A stretch of DNA of 40,105 bases from Flavobacteriales bacterium (GCA_049608805.1 JBMYXX010000003.1:1-40105); one strand, 5' to 3'; positions 17,985 to 30,429 are shown, counted from the stretch's first letter. The notes: generated by a model not told the origin, from the sequence alone. Translations and numbers: made by a program.

Positions 17985-18851
17985 ATGCTACTCCCTAAGG
18001 AAAACACGCTAGGCTCTTTAAGAGATTTATACCGAGAAGTGCTCGATTCTATGTACGATAAAGTGGAGGTTGATTCACTTTGGAAGTACTCCTTAGAGGA
18101 CAAACTTTCAATAAAATCAGATTTGAAGGATTTGTCCGAATCTGTTCTGACCGAAAGCAACCTCAATACCATTATTCCAGTGCTAGAGCGTTTAGCAACT
18201 GGAGAACCATATCAGTACATAATTGGAGAGGTAGAATTCTACGGTTGTAAATTGAAAGTGGATGAAAACGTGCTCATCCCACGGCCAGAAACTGAGGAGT
18301 TATGTGAGTTGGTGCTGAGCGAGAACGATACCGGCAAACCGCTCAACGTCATCGACCTCGGAACGGGCAGCGGTTGCATTCCAATTACGCTAAAAAGTAA
18401 AGCCCCAGCTTGGAAAGTAGATGCCGTTGAGGTTGATGAAGGAGCACTTTCGTTAGCCAAGGAAAACGCCATCAAGAATAATCTGGAAATAGGTTTCAAA
18501 CAGTTGGATTTACTTACGACTTACGACTTATCACTTACATACTCTTTAATTGTAAGCAATCCACCATACATTGCTGAAAAAGAAGCTGATACGATAAAAG
18601 AAAACGTACTCGTTCATGAGCCACACTTGGCGCTTTTTATTGCAGATGAAGACCCATTGTTGTTCTATCGTAAAATGCTGGATATTGGTCAACAATCGTT
18701 AGAGAAAGGCGGTAAGTTTTACTTCGAATTTAACGAGCAATACGGCAAAGAAATGACCGATTTAATGGAGCAAAAAGGTTATTCCGATATTCGGGTTGTG
18801 AAAGACCTGAGTGGGAAGGATAGGTTTGCAGTGTGCACAAAAAAGGGGTGA
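17985..18851 (+). CDS. prmC: Release factor glutamine methyltransferase
   Basis: GEPYQYIIG, VLIPRPETEEL, DLGTGSGCI, SNPPYI and EPHLALF. Confidence 0.95.
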   Translation: MLLPKENTLGSLRDLYREVLDSMYDKVEVDSLWKYSLEDKLSIKSDLKDLSESVLTESNLNTIIPVLERLATGEPYQYIIGEVEFYGCKLKVDENVLIPRPETEELCELVLSENDTGKPLNVIDLGTGSGCIPITLKSKAPAWKVDAVEVDEGALSLAKENAIKNNLEIGFKQLDLLTTYDLSLTYSLIVSNPPYIAEKEADTIKENVLVHEPHLALFIADEDPLLFYRKMLDIGQQSLEKGGKFYFEFNEQYGKEMTDLMEQKGYSDIRVVKDLSGKDRFAVCTKKG

Positions 18852-18865
18852 GTAAAAAGTGATAA

Positions 18866-20959
<2,094 letters not shown>

Positions 20960-20961
20960 CT

Positions 20962-20994
20962 AAACCTAGCAGGCTTCAAAAACCTGTTAGGTCT
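20962..20994. repeat. REP-like palindrome, second family member
   Basis: AAACCTAGCAGGCTTCAAAAACCTGTTAGGTCT is an imperfect hairpin just after the ligA stop, between convergent genes. Confidence 0.7.
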
Positions 20995-21077
20995 TGAATG
21001 CTCATCAACCATGTAAGTTTCCTGCATAAGCGGAGCTTGAGACTTAATACAGGAAGAAGATATTGGAAGGATTGACG

Positions 21078-21563
21078 TTAACGCTTGCGGTAACGCATGC
21101 TTAAAGTCATTACAAACTCGGCTACGGGTTCGTCTCCGTATTTAGACGGTACGGTAGCGGTAACAGTTAGCGGAATGTTTTTTCGTTCTCCGTCAATAAT
21201 GGTTTGCTTGAACGAAGCCAATACTTCTGGGCCATCTAAACACGTAAAGTGTACATCGCCATCGGCACGCTTTAAAAACTCAGCTTTAAGGTCTTTAAAA
21301 ACGATGGAAACGTTTTTCTTCGTCTTGTCTAGGTAGTCAAAAGCAATCCAAGCACCAGTTACATCTGCACCAACGGCTAACGCGCCAAAATAAACGCTGC
21401 CAAGGTGGTTGCGGGTTTTCCTGTTTAGCGGAATGCGAACAACAGTCTTTTCTTCTGAATATTCAACCAGCTTTGAGTTTACAAAACCAAGCATTCGGAT
21501 TTTAAAAAGGCCAACCAGTTTGAATTTCAGGTTGGCCTTTTGAATAGGAGAGAGTAGCCCCAT
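21078..21563 (-). CDS. Hotdog-fold thioesterase-like protein (DUF4442/PaaI-like)
   Basis: TRNHLGSVYFGAL..GAD and FLKRADGDVHF. It abuts the upstream gene with a 0-bp gap. Confidence 0.85.
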   Translation of the reverse strand: MGLLSPIQKANLKFKLVGLFKIRMLGFVNSKLVEYSEEKTVVRIPLNRKTRNHLGSVYFGALAVGADVTGAWIAFDYLDKTKKNVSIVFKDLKAEFLKRADGDVHFTCLDGPEVLASFKQTIIDGERKNIPLTVTATVPSKYGDEPVAEFVMTLSMRYRKR

Positions 21564-23048
21564 TTACTTTTTCAAGTCTTGTGCGTCAATTCTATACTTG
21601 TGAACCCACGCATCTGGAACATCCTTCTTACGCGTTTTTCTCATCTGCTTAAGCGCAGGCTTTAACGCATCGTACTTGGTAGAGTACACGTAGAACCACT
21701 TACGCTCTTCGTTGTAAACAATAATGGCGTCACGCTTTTTGGTTTTCCAAATATCTACGGCTTTCCAAGCATTTTCCACTTTTCTGAACGATTCAATTAC
21801 AACGTAGTAACCACTTTCAAGCTCAGACTTGTTCATTCCAATAGAACCATCTTCGTTTCTGTACGGAGTAATTTGCTGCAACATGCCTTTAAGCTTGTTG
21901 GTATCAATCATTCGGCTGTTAACGTCTTCAATTTCTTTGTTGAGGTCATCAATTTCTTTCTGCAATCTGTCAAGATCAGCATCATGCTCATCAACACGAG
22001 TTTTAACGCCATCAACTTCGTTTCCTAGAGAATCGATTTTGCTGTTAAGCTCGCCTTCTAGAGAATCCATTCTAGCATAAAGCAATTCGTTGTCTTGCTT
22101 AATACCTTCCATATCGCTCTCTAGCTTCTTGAATTTCTTCTTAAATCCATCTAGATGAAAGCCAATCATAATTTCGTTTGAACCTGGAGAACCTGGGTTT
22201 CCGTCAATTCCGTTCAGTGTGAAATCGTAAGCATATCCGACAATAAACTTGTCGGCTATTTTAAACCCTAAACCTGCAACCGGACCTGTTTCTGCTCTCC
22301 AAGTGAAGGCGGCCCAAACAATTTCCTTGTAGCCAAACTTAACCGTACCATCATAAGAGAGGTTGGTTTTGTAAGGCAACCATCTAACCATTGCTGATGG
22401 TGCAATAAGCCAGTCTTTCTTTATCCAGAAATCGTAACCAACATAAGCGCTAAAGTGCCTAGAAAGGTCGTAGGTAAAATCACGTTCTCTTGCTCTTATT
22501 TCTCCAATGCTTTCTAAAACATGAGGCGCTGCAATACCAATTTCAAGAAGACCTTTCCAGCTATAACGTAAACCAGCATCCATATCAAAGGTTGTGCTTA
22601 CAACGTTACCATTGGCTAGAATAGCATCTGTTGGGTCTTCAACCACAGCATCGGTAAAATCCAGTTGTGTGTGGTTAATTCCAATTCCTACACCTAAACT
22701 TAATTGGTGGTCTGGCGCCAGTTTAATGTCGTGTGCGTAGGCCAACTTAGCGTTGATGGTTGAAACAAAGTTGGTTTTGTCATAAACCAAGTTGGTACCC
22801 ACGTTGGTGTTTTTTCCAAGTGGAGTGTGCAAACTTACCCAACCGGTCGTAGGGGAGTTAGCCACACCTGTCCATTGGTTTCTGAAGTTGGCATAGCCCA
22901 TAAGTCCTTCGCCATAACCAGCGTTTGATGGGTTAATTAGGAACCTGTTTTCCTTGTAAAGGCTGGACAAACGTGTTTGCTGAGCAAAAGCTGTAAAGCT
23001 CTGTCCCATAAGGCCAAGTAGGAAAAGTGTTACGTATATCTTTCTCAT
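21564..23048 (-). CDS. PorP/SprF-family T9SS membrane protein with C-terminal coiled coil and SPOR-like domain
   Basis: INPSNAG, RNQWTG..NSP.T and GYAYD...GSNEIMIGF barrel end, then heptad-rich helix, then GYYVVIESF...NA...FYVY...DAWV. Confidence 0.88.
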   Translation of the reverse strand: MRKIYVTLFLLGLMGQSFTAFAQQTRLSSLYKENRFLINPSNAGYGEGLMGYANFRNQWTGVANSPTTGWVSLHTPLGKNTNVGTNLVYDKTNFVSTINAKLAYAHDIKLAPDHQLSLGVGIGINHTQLDFTDAVVEDPTDAILANGNVVSTTFDMDAGLRYSWKGLLEIGIAAPHVLESIGEIRARERDFTYDLSRHFSAYVGYDFWIKKDWLIAPSAMVRWLPYKTNLSYDGTVKFGYKEIVWAAFTWRAETGPVAGLGFKIADKFIVGYAYDFTLNGIDGNPGSPGSNEIMIGFHLDGFKKKFKKLESDMEGIKQDNELLYARMDSLEGELNSKIDSLGNEVDGVKTRVDEHDADLDRLQKEIDDLNKEIEDVNSRMIDTNKLKGMLQQITPYRNEDGSIGMNKSELESGYYVVIESFRKVENAWKAVDIWKTKKRDAIIVYNEERKWFYVYSTKYDALKPALKQMRKTRKKDVPDAWVHKYRIDAQDLKK

Positions 23049-23081
23049 TCGAGTTGGATTTCGTGTTTGTGCTAAATATTT

Positions 23082-25118
23082 TTATTTCAAAATTGTAACG
23101 GCACCGTCAAAACGATCTTCACGGCCATCACATTCAATTACATAGTAGTAGGTTCCATCAGGAAGAGGGTCTTCGTTAAAATCTCCCTTCCAATCGTTTT
23201 TGTATGCATTAGAGCTGTAAACCTCTAGTCCCCAACGATTGTAAACTTTAAGAACACAGTCTGAATAGCAATCTATGTTACCTACATAAAACCTATCGTT
23301 TGTACCATCACCGTTAGGGGTGAAAAGGTTAACTGGCTTTAGGTTGTAATCAGTTATTACTTCAATACTCATGCTAATTGAACTGAAACAGCCGTTTAAA
23401 TCGGTGCCAGTTACGCTGTAAGTAATGTTTTCTTTCGGGTCAATGCTAGTAGGCATATCGCTCATTGGGTCATCTAGGTAATCTGAAGGAGTCCAATCGT
23501 AAAAGTTAGCGCCTTCTACCCAAAGCGGAATGTTTTCTCCAAGGCTTATAGATGTGTCGTTGCTTATTGTAAGCTCTGGCAATAACCAAGAGATAACTCC
23601 AATATTGGTTTCTCCTTCACAACCGTGCTCATCTGTAATGAGTACTTCGTACAAATTGGTTGTATCAACCGTAATAGACTGAGTAGTTTCTCCTGTGCTC
23701 CAAAGGTTTGAAACGCCATTAGGATTAACCGTAAGCGTTACATCTTCTCCCTGGCAGAAAGCAAGCGGACCATCGGCAGTAATTACAGGCGTTGGCAATG
23801 GCCAAACATGTACATAATGCTGAACGGTGTCTCTACAACCATCGGTTGTATTAGCAACCATGGTTACTAGGAAACTATCTGCGGTAAAGTATTCATGGAA
23901 TGGATTTGCTCCGAAACCAGCGTTGCCATCAGCAAAATCCCATTGGTAATCAGAAACTGTTGCTCCTTTTGGGTCTGTGGTGTTTGTGAATGCATTTGTT
24001 TGACCAAAGCAAACTTCGGTTGCTGTAAAGTCAGCCTCTGGAGTAGGGTACACCTCAACCAAATGCGTAACTGTGTCTGGGCAACCAAAAGATGTTAGCC
24101 CGATGAGTTCAACACTTGCTGGCCCAGCAGAAGTAAATGAGAAAGTTGGGCTTTCTTCTGTAGATGTTCCTTCAGAACCAAATGTCCAAGCATAGGAGAT
24201 GGTTCCAACCACGTTTTGTGTGGTATTGGTAAACGCTACGTCTGTATTCTGACAAGCATTATCGAAGGTAAAACCAACAAACGGGTAAGGCGCAATTGTC
24301 ATTAGCTGAAAGGTGTCTATTGTACAACCTTGGTCAGAAACCACTTGCAAACCAACTTGGTAATCTCCATCGGCAGAAAACTGATTGGTAATCATGGTGC
24401 CTGTAGCATCATCAAACAATCCGTTACCATTCAATTCCCAGTTGTACTGATCAACAGTACCAGAACTTACGGTAGAGGTGGCGGTAAGCTCAGTATCGTC
24501 TCCTAAACAAACCTCTGCAACTGCAAATTCTACCGTTGGCATTGGATCTACGGTTACGTTTTCTGTTGTGGTAGATTGGCACCCTTGATCGCTAGTAACC
24601 TGAAGACCTACAACGTAAGTTCCAGCATTAACAAAATCGTGTGCTATTACACTTCCTGTTGCATTATCGTACAAGCCATCGTTATCTAAATCCCATTCCC
24701 AAGTGGCAATAGAGCCGCTAGAAATAGTAGAAGCATCTGCTAGGGCAGAAACGGTTCCTTCACAAACATCTGGAGCTGTAAAGTCTGCTGCCGGAACCGG
24801 GTTAACGGTAATTAGCTTGTAAACAGACTGTGGCGCATCCATATCTGTGGTTATTCTAAGACCAACGTTGTAAACGCCCGGAGCATTAAACTGGAAACCA
24901 ATACTTGGTCCTGAAGCATCAGTAAAGGAGCCATTGGCATTTAAGTCCCATTCCCAGGCCGTTATTGTTGCTCCGCCAGAAACAACAGATGTACTGGTGA
25001 AAGTTGTCTGAGACCCCTCACAAACCGTGGTGGTTGTGTAGTCAACAGAATCGATAGTTGCGTGTGCCTGAAAGGCCAGCAACGTAAGTAAAGAAAACAG
25101 GATTCTCATCTTATTCAT
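23082..25118 (-). CDS. PKD-repeat protein with T9SS type B (gliding-motility-associated) CTD
   Basis: Signal peptide, PKD repeats with WDLDNDG-type loops, and CTD NLFTPNGDGTND.F...YNRWG...W.G...LPDGTYYY. Confidence 0.9.
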   Translation of the reverse strand: MNKMRILFSLLTLLAFQAHATIDSVDYTTTTVCEGSQTTFTSTSVVSGGATITAWEWDLNANGSFTDASGPSIGFQFNAPGVYNVGLRITTDMDAPQSVYKLITVNPVPAADFTAPDVCEGTVSALADASTISSGSIATWEWDLDNDGLYDNATGSVIAHDFVNAGTYVVGLQVTSDQGCQSTTTENVTVDPMPTVEFAVAEVCLGDDTELTATSTVSSGTVDQYNWELNGNGLFDDATGTMITNQFSADGDYQVGLQVVSDQGCTIDTFQLMTIAPYPFVGFTFDNACQNTDVAFTNTTQNVVGTISYAWTFGSEGTSTEESPTFSFTSAGPASVELIGLTSFGCPDTVTHLVEVYPTPEADFTATEVCFGQTNAFTNTTDPKGATVSDYQWDFADGNAGFGANPFHEYFTADSFLVTMVANTTDGCRDTVQHYVHVWPLPTPVITADGPLAFCQGEDVTLTVNPNGVSNLWSTGETTQSITVDTTNLYEVLITDEHGCEGETNIGVISWLLPELTISNDTSISLGENIPLWVEGANFYDWTPSDYLDDPMSDMPTSIDPKENITYSVTGTDLNGCFSSISMSIEVITDYNLKPVNLFTPNGDGTNDRFYVGNIDCYSDCVLKVYNRWGLEVYSSNAYKNDWKGDFNEDPLPDGTYYYVIECDGREDRFDGAVTILK

Positions 25119-25131
25119 CCTTGATTATGTC

Positions 25132-28100
25132 TTATTTAATAATGTCGAATCTTAATACTGATTGCTGCTCGTTTCCAACAATTCTTAGGTAATACAGTCC
25201 GTTAGAAAGCTCGCTAACATTTAGCTGAACAGTTTCTGCGGCATCCATTCTTGCAATTTGCTTAGACAGAATAAGCTGACCAGAAGTTGAAACAACTTCA
25301 AAAGTCAGTTCTGTACTAACAGTTTTGCTAGGCTGAATAAACAGTTCGTTAGAAGCAGGGTTTGGATAAAGTCCAAAGCTTACTACATCGTTATCGTTAA
25401 TTCCAATAGTGGTTGTAGAAACAAGTTGCGTAATTGTTTCGCTGCCGCAATCGTTAGTAACGGTAAGAGTTACCATGTAATCGCCATCCAGCGCATATAC
25501 GTGTACTGGAGACATTTCTGTACTCGTAGAATCATCGCCAAACTCCCATAGATAAGTGTCTCCAAACTGAGACTCGTTGGTGAATGAGACTGCTGTTCCG
25601 ATTAGCGCCCAGTCAAAGTCGGCCGTTGCAAGCATCTGATCAGCAGTAACTTCTACGTCTTCAGCAAAAACACAACCGTTCACATCCATAATAGAAACAG
25701 AATAGATGCCATCAGAAAGGCCAATGTAGTCTCCGTTTGTCTGAACGCTTCCGCCATCTAGCATGTAGTTGTAAGAAGGCGTTCCACCAATTCCCGTTAC
25801 GTGAATCTCTCCAGTAAAGTCTCCCTCGCAGCTAACGCTAACAATTGTGTCAAGAGATAAATCCATGATAGGAGGAGCAGTTAGCATAATAGTATCAGAA
25901 TCTAAGCAGCCATTGGCATCCTGAACAAACAGAAGGTGGTTTCCACCATTTAGTCCAGCCAAAGTAGGACTAGCTTGGTACGAGTCTCCACCATCAGAAG
26001 AGTAGGTGTAACCCGGTGTTCCGCCCATAGCGGTTATTGTTGCCGTACCGCTATTCTCATTCGGGCAAGCAGGGTTGGCCAAAATTGTGCTGGTAATTTC
26101 TACGGAAGTAGTTGGTTCACCAATCGCAACTTCAACGCTATCAATACATCCATTAAGGTCTTGACCGTATAGCGTGTAAGTACCAGCGCCAAACCCAGAA
26201 AATAAACCTTCTGAGCCAAAGCTGATGTTGTCATCAGAGTAAACATATGTTGGAGTTCCGCCTGTTCCGATAAGCTCAACGCTGCCCGATGTAGAATCAA
26301 GACAAGCTGCATCGGTAACATCAGAATCAAGAATAAACACTGAAGCTGGCTGTGAAATAATAACGCCTTCAGAAGCGGTACAACCGTTTGCATCCTGAAC
26401 TACAACTAAGTAGTTGCTAGCAGGCACATCGGCAAACATTCCACCATTAGCAATAAAAGACATTCCACCATCACTAGAATACTCATAGCCTGGTGTTCCG
26501 CCATTAGCAATTACCTCAATCTCACCAGATGCATCGCCAAAGCAAGCAACAGGAACAGAATTGGTTTCAATAGTAAGTTCAGTTGGTTCAAACACTGTTT
26601 CTGTTAGCTCATCTAAACAACCGTTTGCATCCATAACAGTTACGGTGTAAGTGCCTGCTGCTAAACCATCAAAAAGCGCACTTCCTTGGAAGCTAATACC
26701 ATCAATAGAATATGTATAGTCTGGTGTTCCTGAAGATGCAGCAACCTCTATAGAACCATTAGCTTCTAAGTAGCAATTAGCGCTATCTACACTAACTAAC
26801 GATAATTGAAGAACGCCTGGTTCGGTAAGGTTAACGTGAAGCGTGTCTGAACATCCGTTGGCGTCTAAAACACCTACAATGTGTGTTCCTGCAGCCAACC
26901 CAGTAAACAGGGCGTCTGGTCCGTAAGCACCGCCATCAATGTTGTATTCGTAATCGACAACACCGCCAGTACCAACAACAGTAATTTCTCCAGAGTTGTC
27001 TCCATTACAGAGTAAATCCTCAGAACTTACATAGGTTAAAATAAGTGTGTCTGGTTCTGTTAGGGTAATGGTTGTGTCAAACACGCAAAGGTTGGCGTCT
27101 GTTATTTGAATGTCATGAACACCAGCTTCTAAACCGGTAAACATTCCAGAAGCTTGCTGAACTCCAGCATCTACACTGTACATATAAGAAGAAGTTCCGC
27201 CTGTTCCGCTAATGCTGATTTCTCCTGTAGCAGCACCATGGCATAGAATGTCCGTTGTGCTAACTACGTTAATTCCCAATGTATCGCTAGGCTGACCAAC
27301 CGTTCCAGAAACAGTGAATTCACAACCGTTAGCATCAAACGCGGTAATATCATAAGTACCCGCTTCAAGTCCGCCAAAAGTTACACTGGCCTGAGGCGTT
27401 CCACCATCAATACTTAGCGTCCAAGGAGAAGCGGCAGGCGGAACTGCAACTGCGGCTAACTCTCCAGTAGCTTCTCCATAGCACAACACATCAGTAGGCG
27501 TAAGAGTGAAATCAGGTAAATCAAAGATTTCAATCGTTTGAGTTACTGAACTCATACAGAACTCAGGACTGGTAACCGTTAGCATTACATCATATATACC
27601 GAAAGTTGAGTAGATATGAGAAACATCTGTAAGTGTAGAACTGCTTCCATCTCCTAAATCCCAGTTGTATGTTCCGGCATCAGAAGTGTTAACGAAATCA
27701 GCAGCGGTTCCTTCACAAACATCACTAAATGTGAAGCTTGCAGCAGGAAGGTTGTTTACAGTAACTGAAGCTGTATGTACATCAACACAACCGTTGTCGT
27801 TGGTTGTGGTTAGTACTACAGTATAAACACCATCTGTTAGATAAGTGTGTGTAGGATTTGCATCTGTAGATAATGGGCTGGAATCTCCAAAATCCCAGTT
27901 ATAAGTAAGTGTCCCGTCTCCCGTGCTCAGGTTTGTGAATACCGTTGCCGTTCCTTCGCATTCTGTAGAAGCAGAGAACAAAGCAGTAGGGGAGTCATTA
28001 ACTGTTACAGATTGGGTTGACACATCTTCACAACCATTATCGCTAGTAACTGTAAGCGTTACGGTGTAAGTACCGTCTAATGCATAAGTATGACTTGGGT

Positions 28101-30429
28101 CTTGGTCTGTAGATGTATTGCTGTCACCAAAGTCCCACGCGTAGTTTAAGTTGCCAGCATCAATTGTAGATGTGTTGGTGAAAACTGTTGGGTTTCCTTC
28201 GCAAGCACCAACAAAGGTGAATCCTGCAACGGGAACTGGAGTAACATGTACAGTTTGGGTAGCCGTGTCTGAACAACCTTCAGTAGAGATTACAACTAGC
28301 TCTACATCATACATTCCTGTATCGCCAAAAGCATGAATTGGGTCAACTAGACCAATAGATGAACTTCCATCGTCCATGTCCCATTCCCAAGAAACTATAT
28401 CGCTTGATGCGTCTATGGTAGATGCATCTGTAAAGAAGGTAGATTCTCCCTCGCAAGCTGCAGTGAAGCTGTAACTGGCTTCTGGCTTTGGATTAACTCC
28501 TACAATGAAATTACAAACAACGCTGTTTGTTCCGTCTGTAGCAGTCCATTGTTGTGCGGTTGGCCCTAGTGGAAAAACGTTTCCGCTAGTTAGACCAGAA
28601 CCATCTGTTTGAGTAACAACAGAGTTGCAGTTATCTGTTGCTGTAGGCAAGATGTAGTTAACAGTTGCACCGCTTGCATTATCAGCACAAACAATTATGT
28701 TTCCTGGACAAGTTAGAATTGGGTCTTCATTGTCTTCAACCGTTACCGTTTCTGTACATGTTGATACAAGTCCGTTTACATCTGTTACTGTAAGCTCTAC
28801 CGTGTTAGGGCCAATGTTAGAACAGTTGAATGTGGTCATGTCTAGGCTCATGCTTGCAATTCCGCAATTGTCAGAAGAAGCATTGTCAATGTCTCCAGTA
28901 GTAATTGTTCCACTACCAGAACCATCAAGAACTACTGTAAATGGTTGGCAATTTGCATTGGGAGAAACCGTGTCAAGAACGGTTACTACAGATACGCAAT
29001 CGTCTGTGTTAGAAGCGGGGTCTGTAACTGTTAGCGTTACAGAGTTAGCTCCATGGTTTGCACATGTAAATGTTGTTTGACTAGCTGCATAGTTTAAAGT
29101 GCAATTGTCAGTACTTCCTGCGTCAATATCTGCTGCAGTAATTGATACATTACCAGTACCATCTAAATAAGCCGTAATATTTTGGCAGGCTGCTATTGGG
29201 TTTTCATTGTCTTCTACGGTTACCGTAGATGTACAGGTAGATGTGGCAGCATTATTATCGGTTGCCGTAAGGGTAACTGTATTTGCGCCAACGTTTGCGC
29301 ATGTAAACGAAGAAACATCTAAACCAAACGAGGCAAGGCCAACCGCAGCAGTTGAACCATTGTCAATTTCTGGCCGTTGTAGGATTTTTGTGCTGAAAAC
29401 GAAGTCTGAGGTTGCACTAATGTTGTTGTTGCCACCAGCGTAAGGGTCTCCATCATTTTTCTGAAGGCTAAATGCGGAACCATCAGTGTAAATGAAAATA
29501 CTGTATGAAACTCCACTTACAATCTCAACTGATTCTTCAAGAACGAACTCGTTCAACCCACTACTAATACTGACTGGATCAGGGTAAACAAGTAGAGAGA
29601 TAGTGGATCCCTGTAGAATTTCAATGAGCAAAGATTTTCCTGTGCCTGGTGTGTATGCCGAGGAAAACCCAAGACTCACACTATGGAGAACTCCATCTTC
29701 GATTGCGGTGAAACTTTGCACAGCACTCGTATTGGTGTAAACCCCAGCAGGAACCAGCTGTTCTGCATCCGTTTGGGGAATAAGAGGTGTGTCAAAGTTG
29801 TAATTGCCAGTTCCGTCTAGTTCTACGGTAATGTCCTGACAAGTAGCAACTGGGCCAGTTACCTGGATGTAGTTGGACTTGGTTTCCGTACTAGAACATC
29901 CATTTGAGGCAGTAGTTGTAAGCGAAACCGTAAAATCTCCACCTTCATTATAGGTATGGGTGGGGTTTTGCATTGTAGATGTATTACCATCACCAAAGTC
30001 CCATGCCCAAGTGTCAATTGTCCCCGGTCCAGAGATTGAAGATAAATCAGTGAAGGTGGTAGTTAATGGGGAACTACCAGTTACAGCACTAGCGCTAAAC
30101 TCTGATGTTACCACAGTTACAAACACCGTCATGGTTGTGACATCCGAGCATCCTACTATTGTATCTACCACGGTAAGTGTTACCGTAAACGTACCAGTAG
30201 TGGTGTAATTATGAACAGGGTTTTGTAATGTTGAAGTGTTTCCATCGCCAAAATTCCACAACCATGTATCAGGAAGTGTACTCTGGTCGGTAAAGAAAAC
30301 GGTATGCGGAATAGCGCATCCTTGCGAAGGATTAAGGACAAAGTCTGCTACCGTAGGGCACTGCGCAATTGCAGTATTAGAGGCTAGCGAAGATATTGCG
30401 ACAAGCGCGAGAAGTAAAAGTCTTTTCAT
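25132..30429 (-). CDS. Large surface protein: PKD, HYR-like and SprB-like repeats with T9SS type A CTD
   Basis: Signal peptide at MKRLLLLAL (ATG 30429), WNFGDG PKD repeats, C..TVTVED HYR-like repeats, C.G...G.I...GGT..Y.Y..DANGC SprB-like repeats, and CTD LYPNPAS...LSNGLYYL. Confidence 0.9.
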   Translation of the reverse strand: MKRLLLLALVAISSLASNTAIAQCPTVADFVLNPSQGCAIPHTVFFTDQSTLPDTWLWNFGDGNTSTLQNPVHNYTTTGTFTVTLTVVDTIVGCSDVTTMTVFVTVVTSEFSASAVTGSSPLTTTFTDLSSISGPGTIDTWAWDFGDGNTSTMQNPTHTYNEGGDFTVSLTTTASNGCSSTETKSNYIQVTGPVATCQDITVELDGTGNYNFDTPLIPQTDAEQLVPAGVYTNTSAVQSFTAIEDGVLHSVSLGFSSAYTPGTGKSLLIEILQGSTISLLVYPDPVSISSGLNEFVLEESVEIVSGVSYSIFIYTDGSAFSLQKNDGDPYAGGNNNISATSDFVFSTKILQRPEIDNGSTAAVGLASFGLDVSSFTCANVGANTVTLTATDNNAATSTCTSTVTVEDNENPIAACQNITAYLDGTGNVSITAADIDAGSTDNCTLNYAASQTTFTCANHGANSVTLTVTDPASNTDDCVSVVTVLDTVSPNANCQPFTVVLDGSGSGTITTGDIDNASSDNCGIASMSLDMTTFNCSNIGPNTVELTVTDVNGLVSTCTETVTVEDNEDPILTCPGNIIVCADNASGATVNYILPTATDNCNSVVTQTDGSGLTSGNVFPLGPTAQQWTATDGTNSVVCNFIVGVNPKPEASYSFTAACEGESTFFTDASTIDASSDIVSWEWDMDDGSSSIGLVDPIHAFGDTGMYDVELVVISTEGCSDTATQTVHVTPVPVAGFTFVGACEGNPTVFTNTSTIDAGNLNYAWDFGDSNTSTDQDPSHTYALDGTYTVTLTVTSDNGCEDVSTQSVTVNDSPTALFSASTECEGTATVFTNLSTGDGTLTYNWDFGDSSPLSTDANPTHTYLTDGVYTVVLTTTNDNGCVDVHTASVTVNNLPAASFTFSDVCEGTAADFVNTSDAGTYNWDLGDGSSSTLTDVSHIYSTFGIYDVMLTVTSPEFCMSSVTQTIEIFDLPDFTLTPTDVLCYGEATGELAAVAVPPAASPWTLSIDGGTPQASVTFGGLEAGTYDITAFDANGCEFTVSGTVGQPSDTLGINVVSTTDILCHGAATGEISISGTGGTSSYMYSVDAGVQQASGMFTGLEAGVHDIQITDANLCVFDTTITLTEPDTLILTYVSSEDLLCNGDNSGEITVVGTGGVVDYEYNIDGGAYGPDALFTGLAAGTHIVGVLDANGCSDTLHVNLTEPGVLQLSLVSVDSANCYLEANGSIEVAASSGTPDYTYSIDGISFQGSALFDGLAAGTYTVTVMDANGCLDELTETVFEPTELTIETNSVPVACFGDASGEIEVIANGGTPGYEYSSDGGMSFIANGGMFADVPASNYLVVVQDANGCTASEGVIISQPASVFILDSDVTDAACLDSTSGSVELIGTGGTPTYVYSDDNISFGSEGLFSGFGAGTYTLYGQDLNGCIDSVEVAIGEPTTSVEITSTILANPACPNENSGTATITAMGGTPGYTYSSDGGDSYQASPTLAGLNGGNHLLFVQDANGCLDSDTIMLTAPPIMDLSLDTIVSVSCEGDFTGEIHVTGIGGTPSYNYMLDGGSVQTNGDYIGLSDGIYSVSIMDVNGCVFAEDVEVTADQMLATADFDWALIGTAVSFTNESQFGDTYLWEFGDDSTSTEMSPVHVYALDGDYMVTLTVTNDCGSETITQLVSTTTIGINDNDVVSFGLYPNPASNELFIQPSKTVSTELTFEVVSTSGQLILSKQIARMDAAETVQLNVSELSNGLYYLRIVGNEQQSVLRFDIIK

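Noticed and set aside
25119-25131. The two adhesin ORFs as one frameshifted gene
   Set aside because: The upstream ORF ends in a complete type A CTD and the downstream ORF starts with its own signal peptide.
23082-30429. Repetitive DNA in the adhesin genes as a recent tandem duplication or diversity-generating element
   Set aside because: The repeats are evident at protein level but diverged in DNA. I saw no near-identical template/variable pair and no reverse transcriptase.
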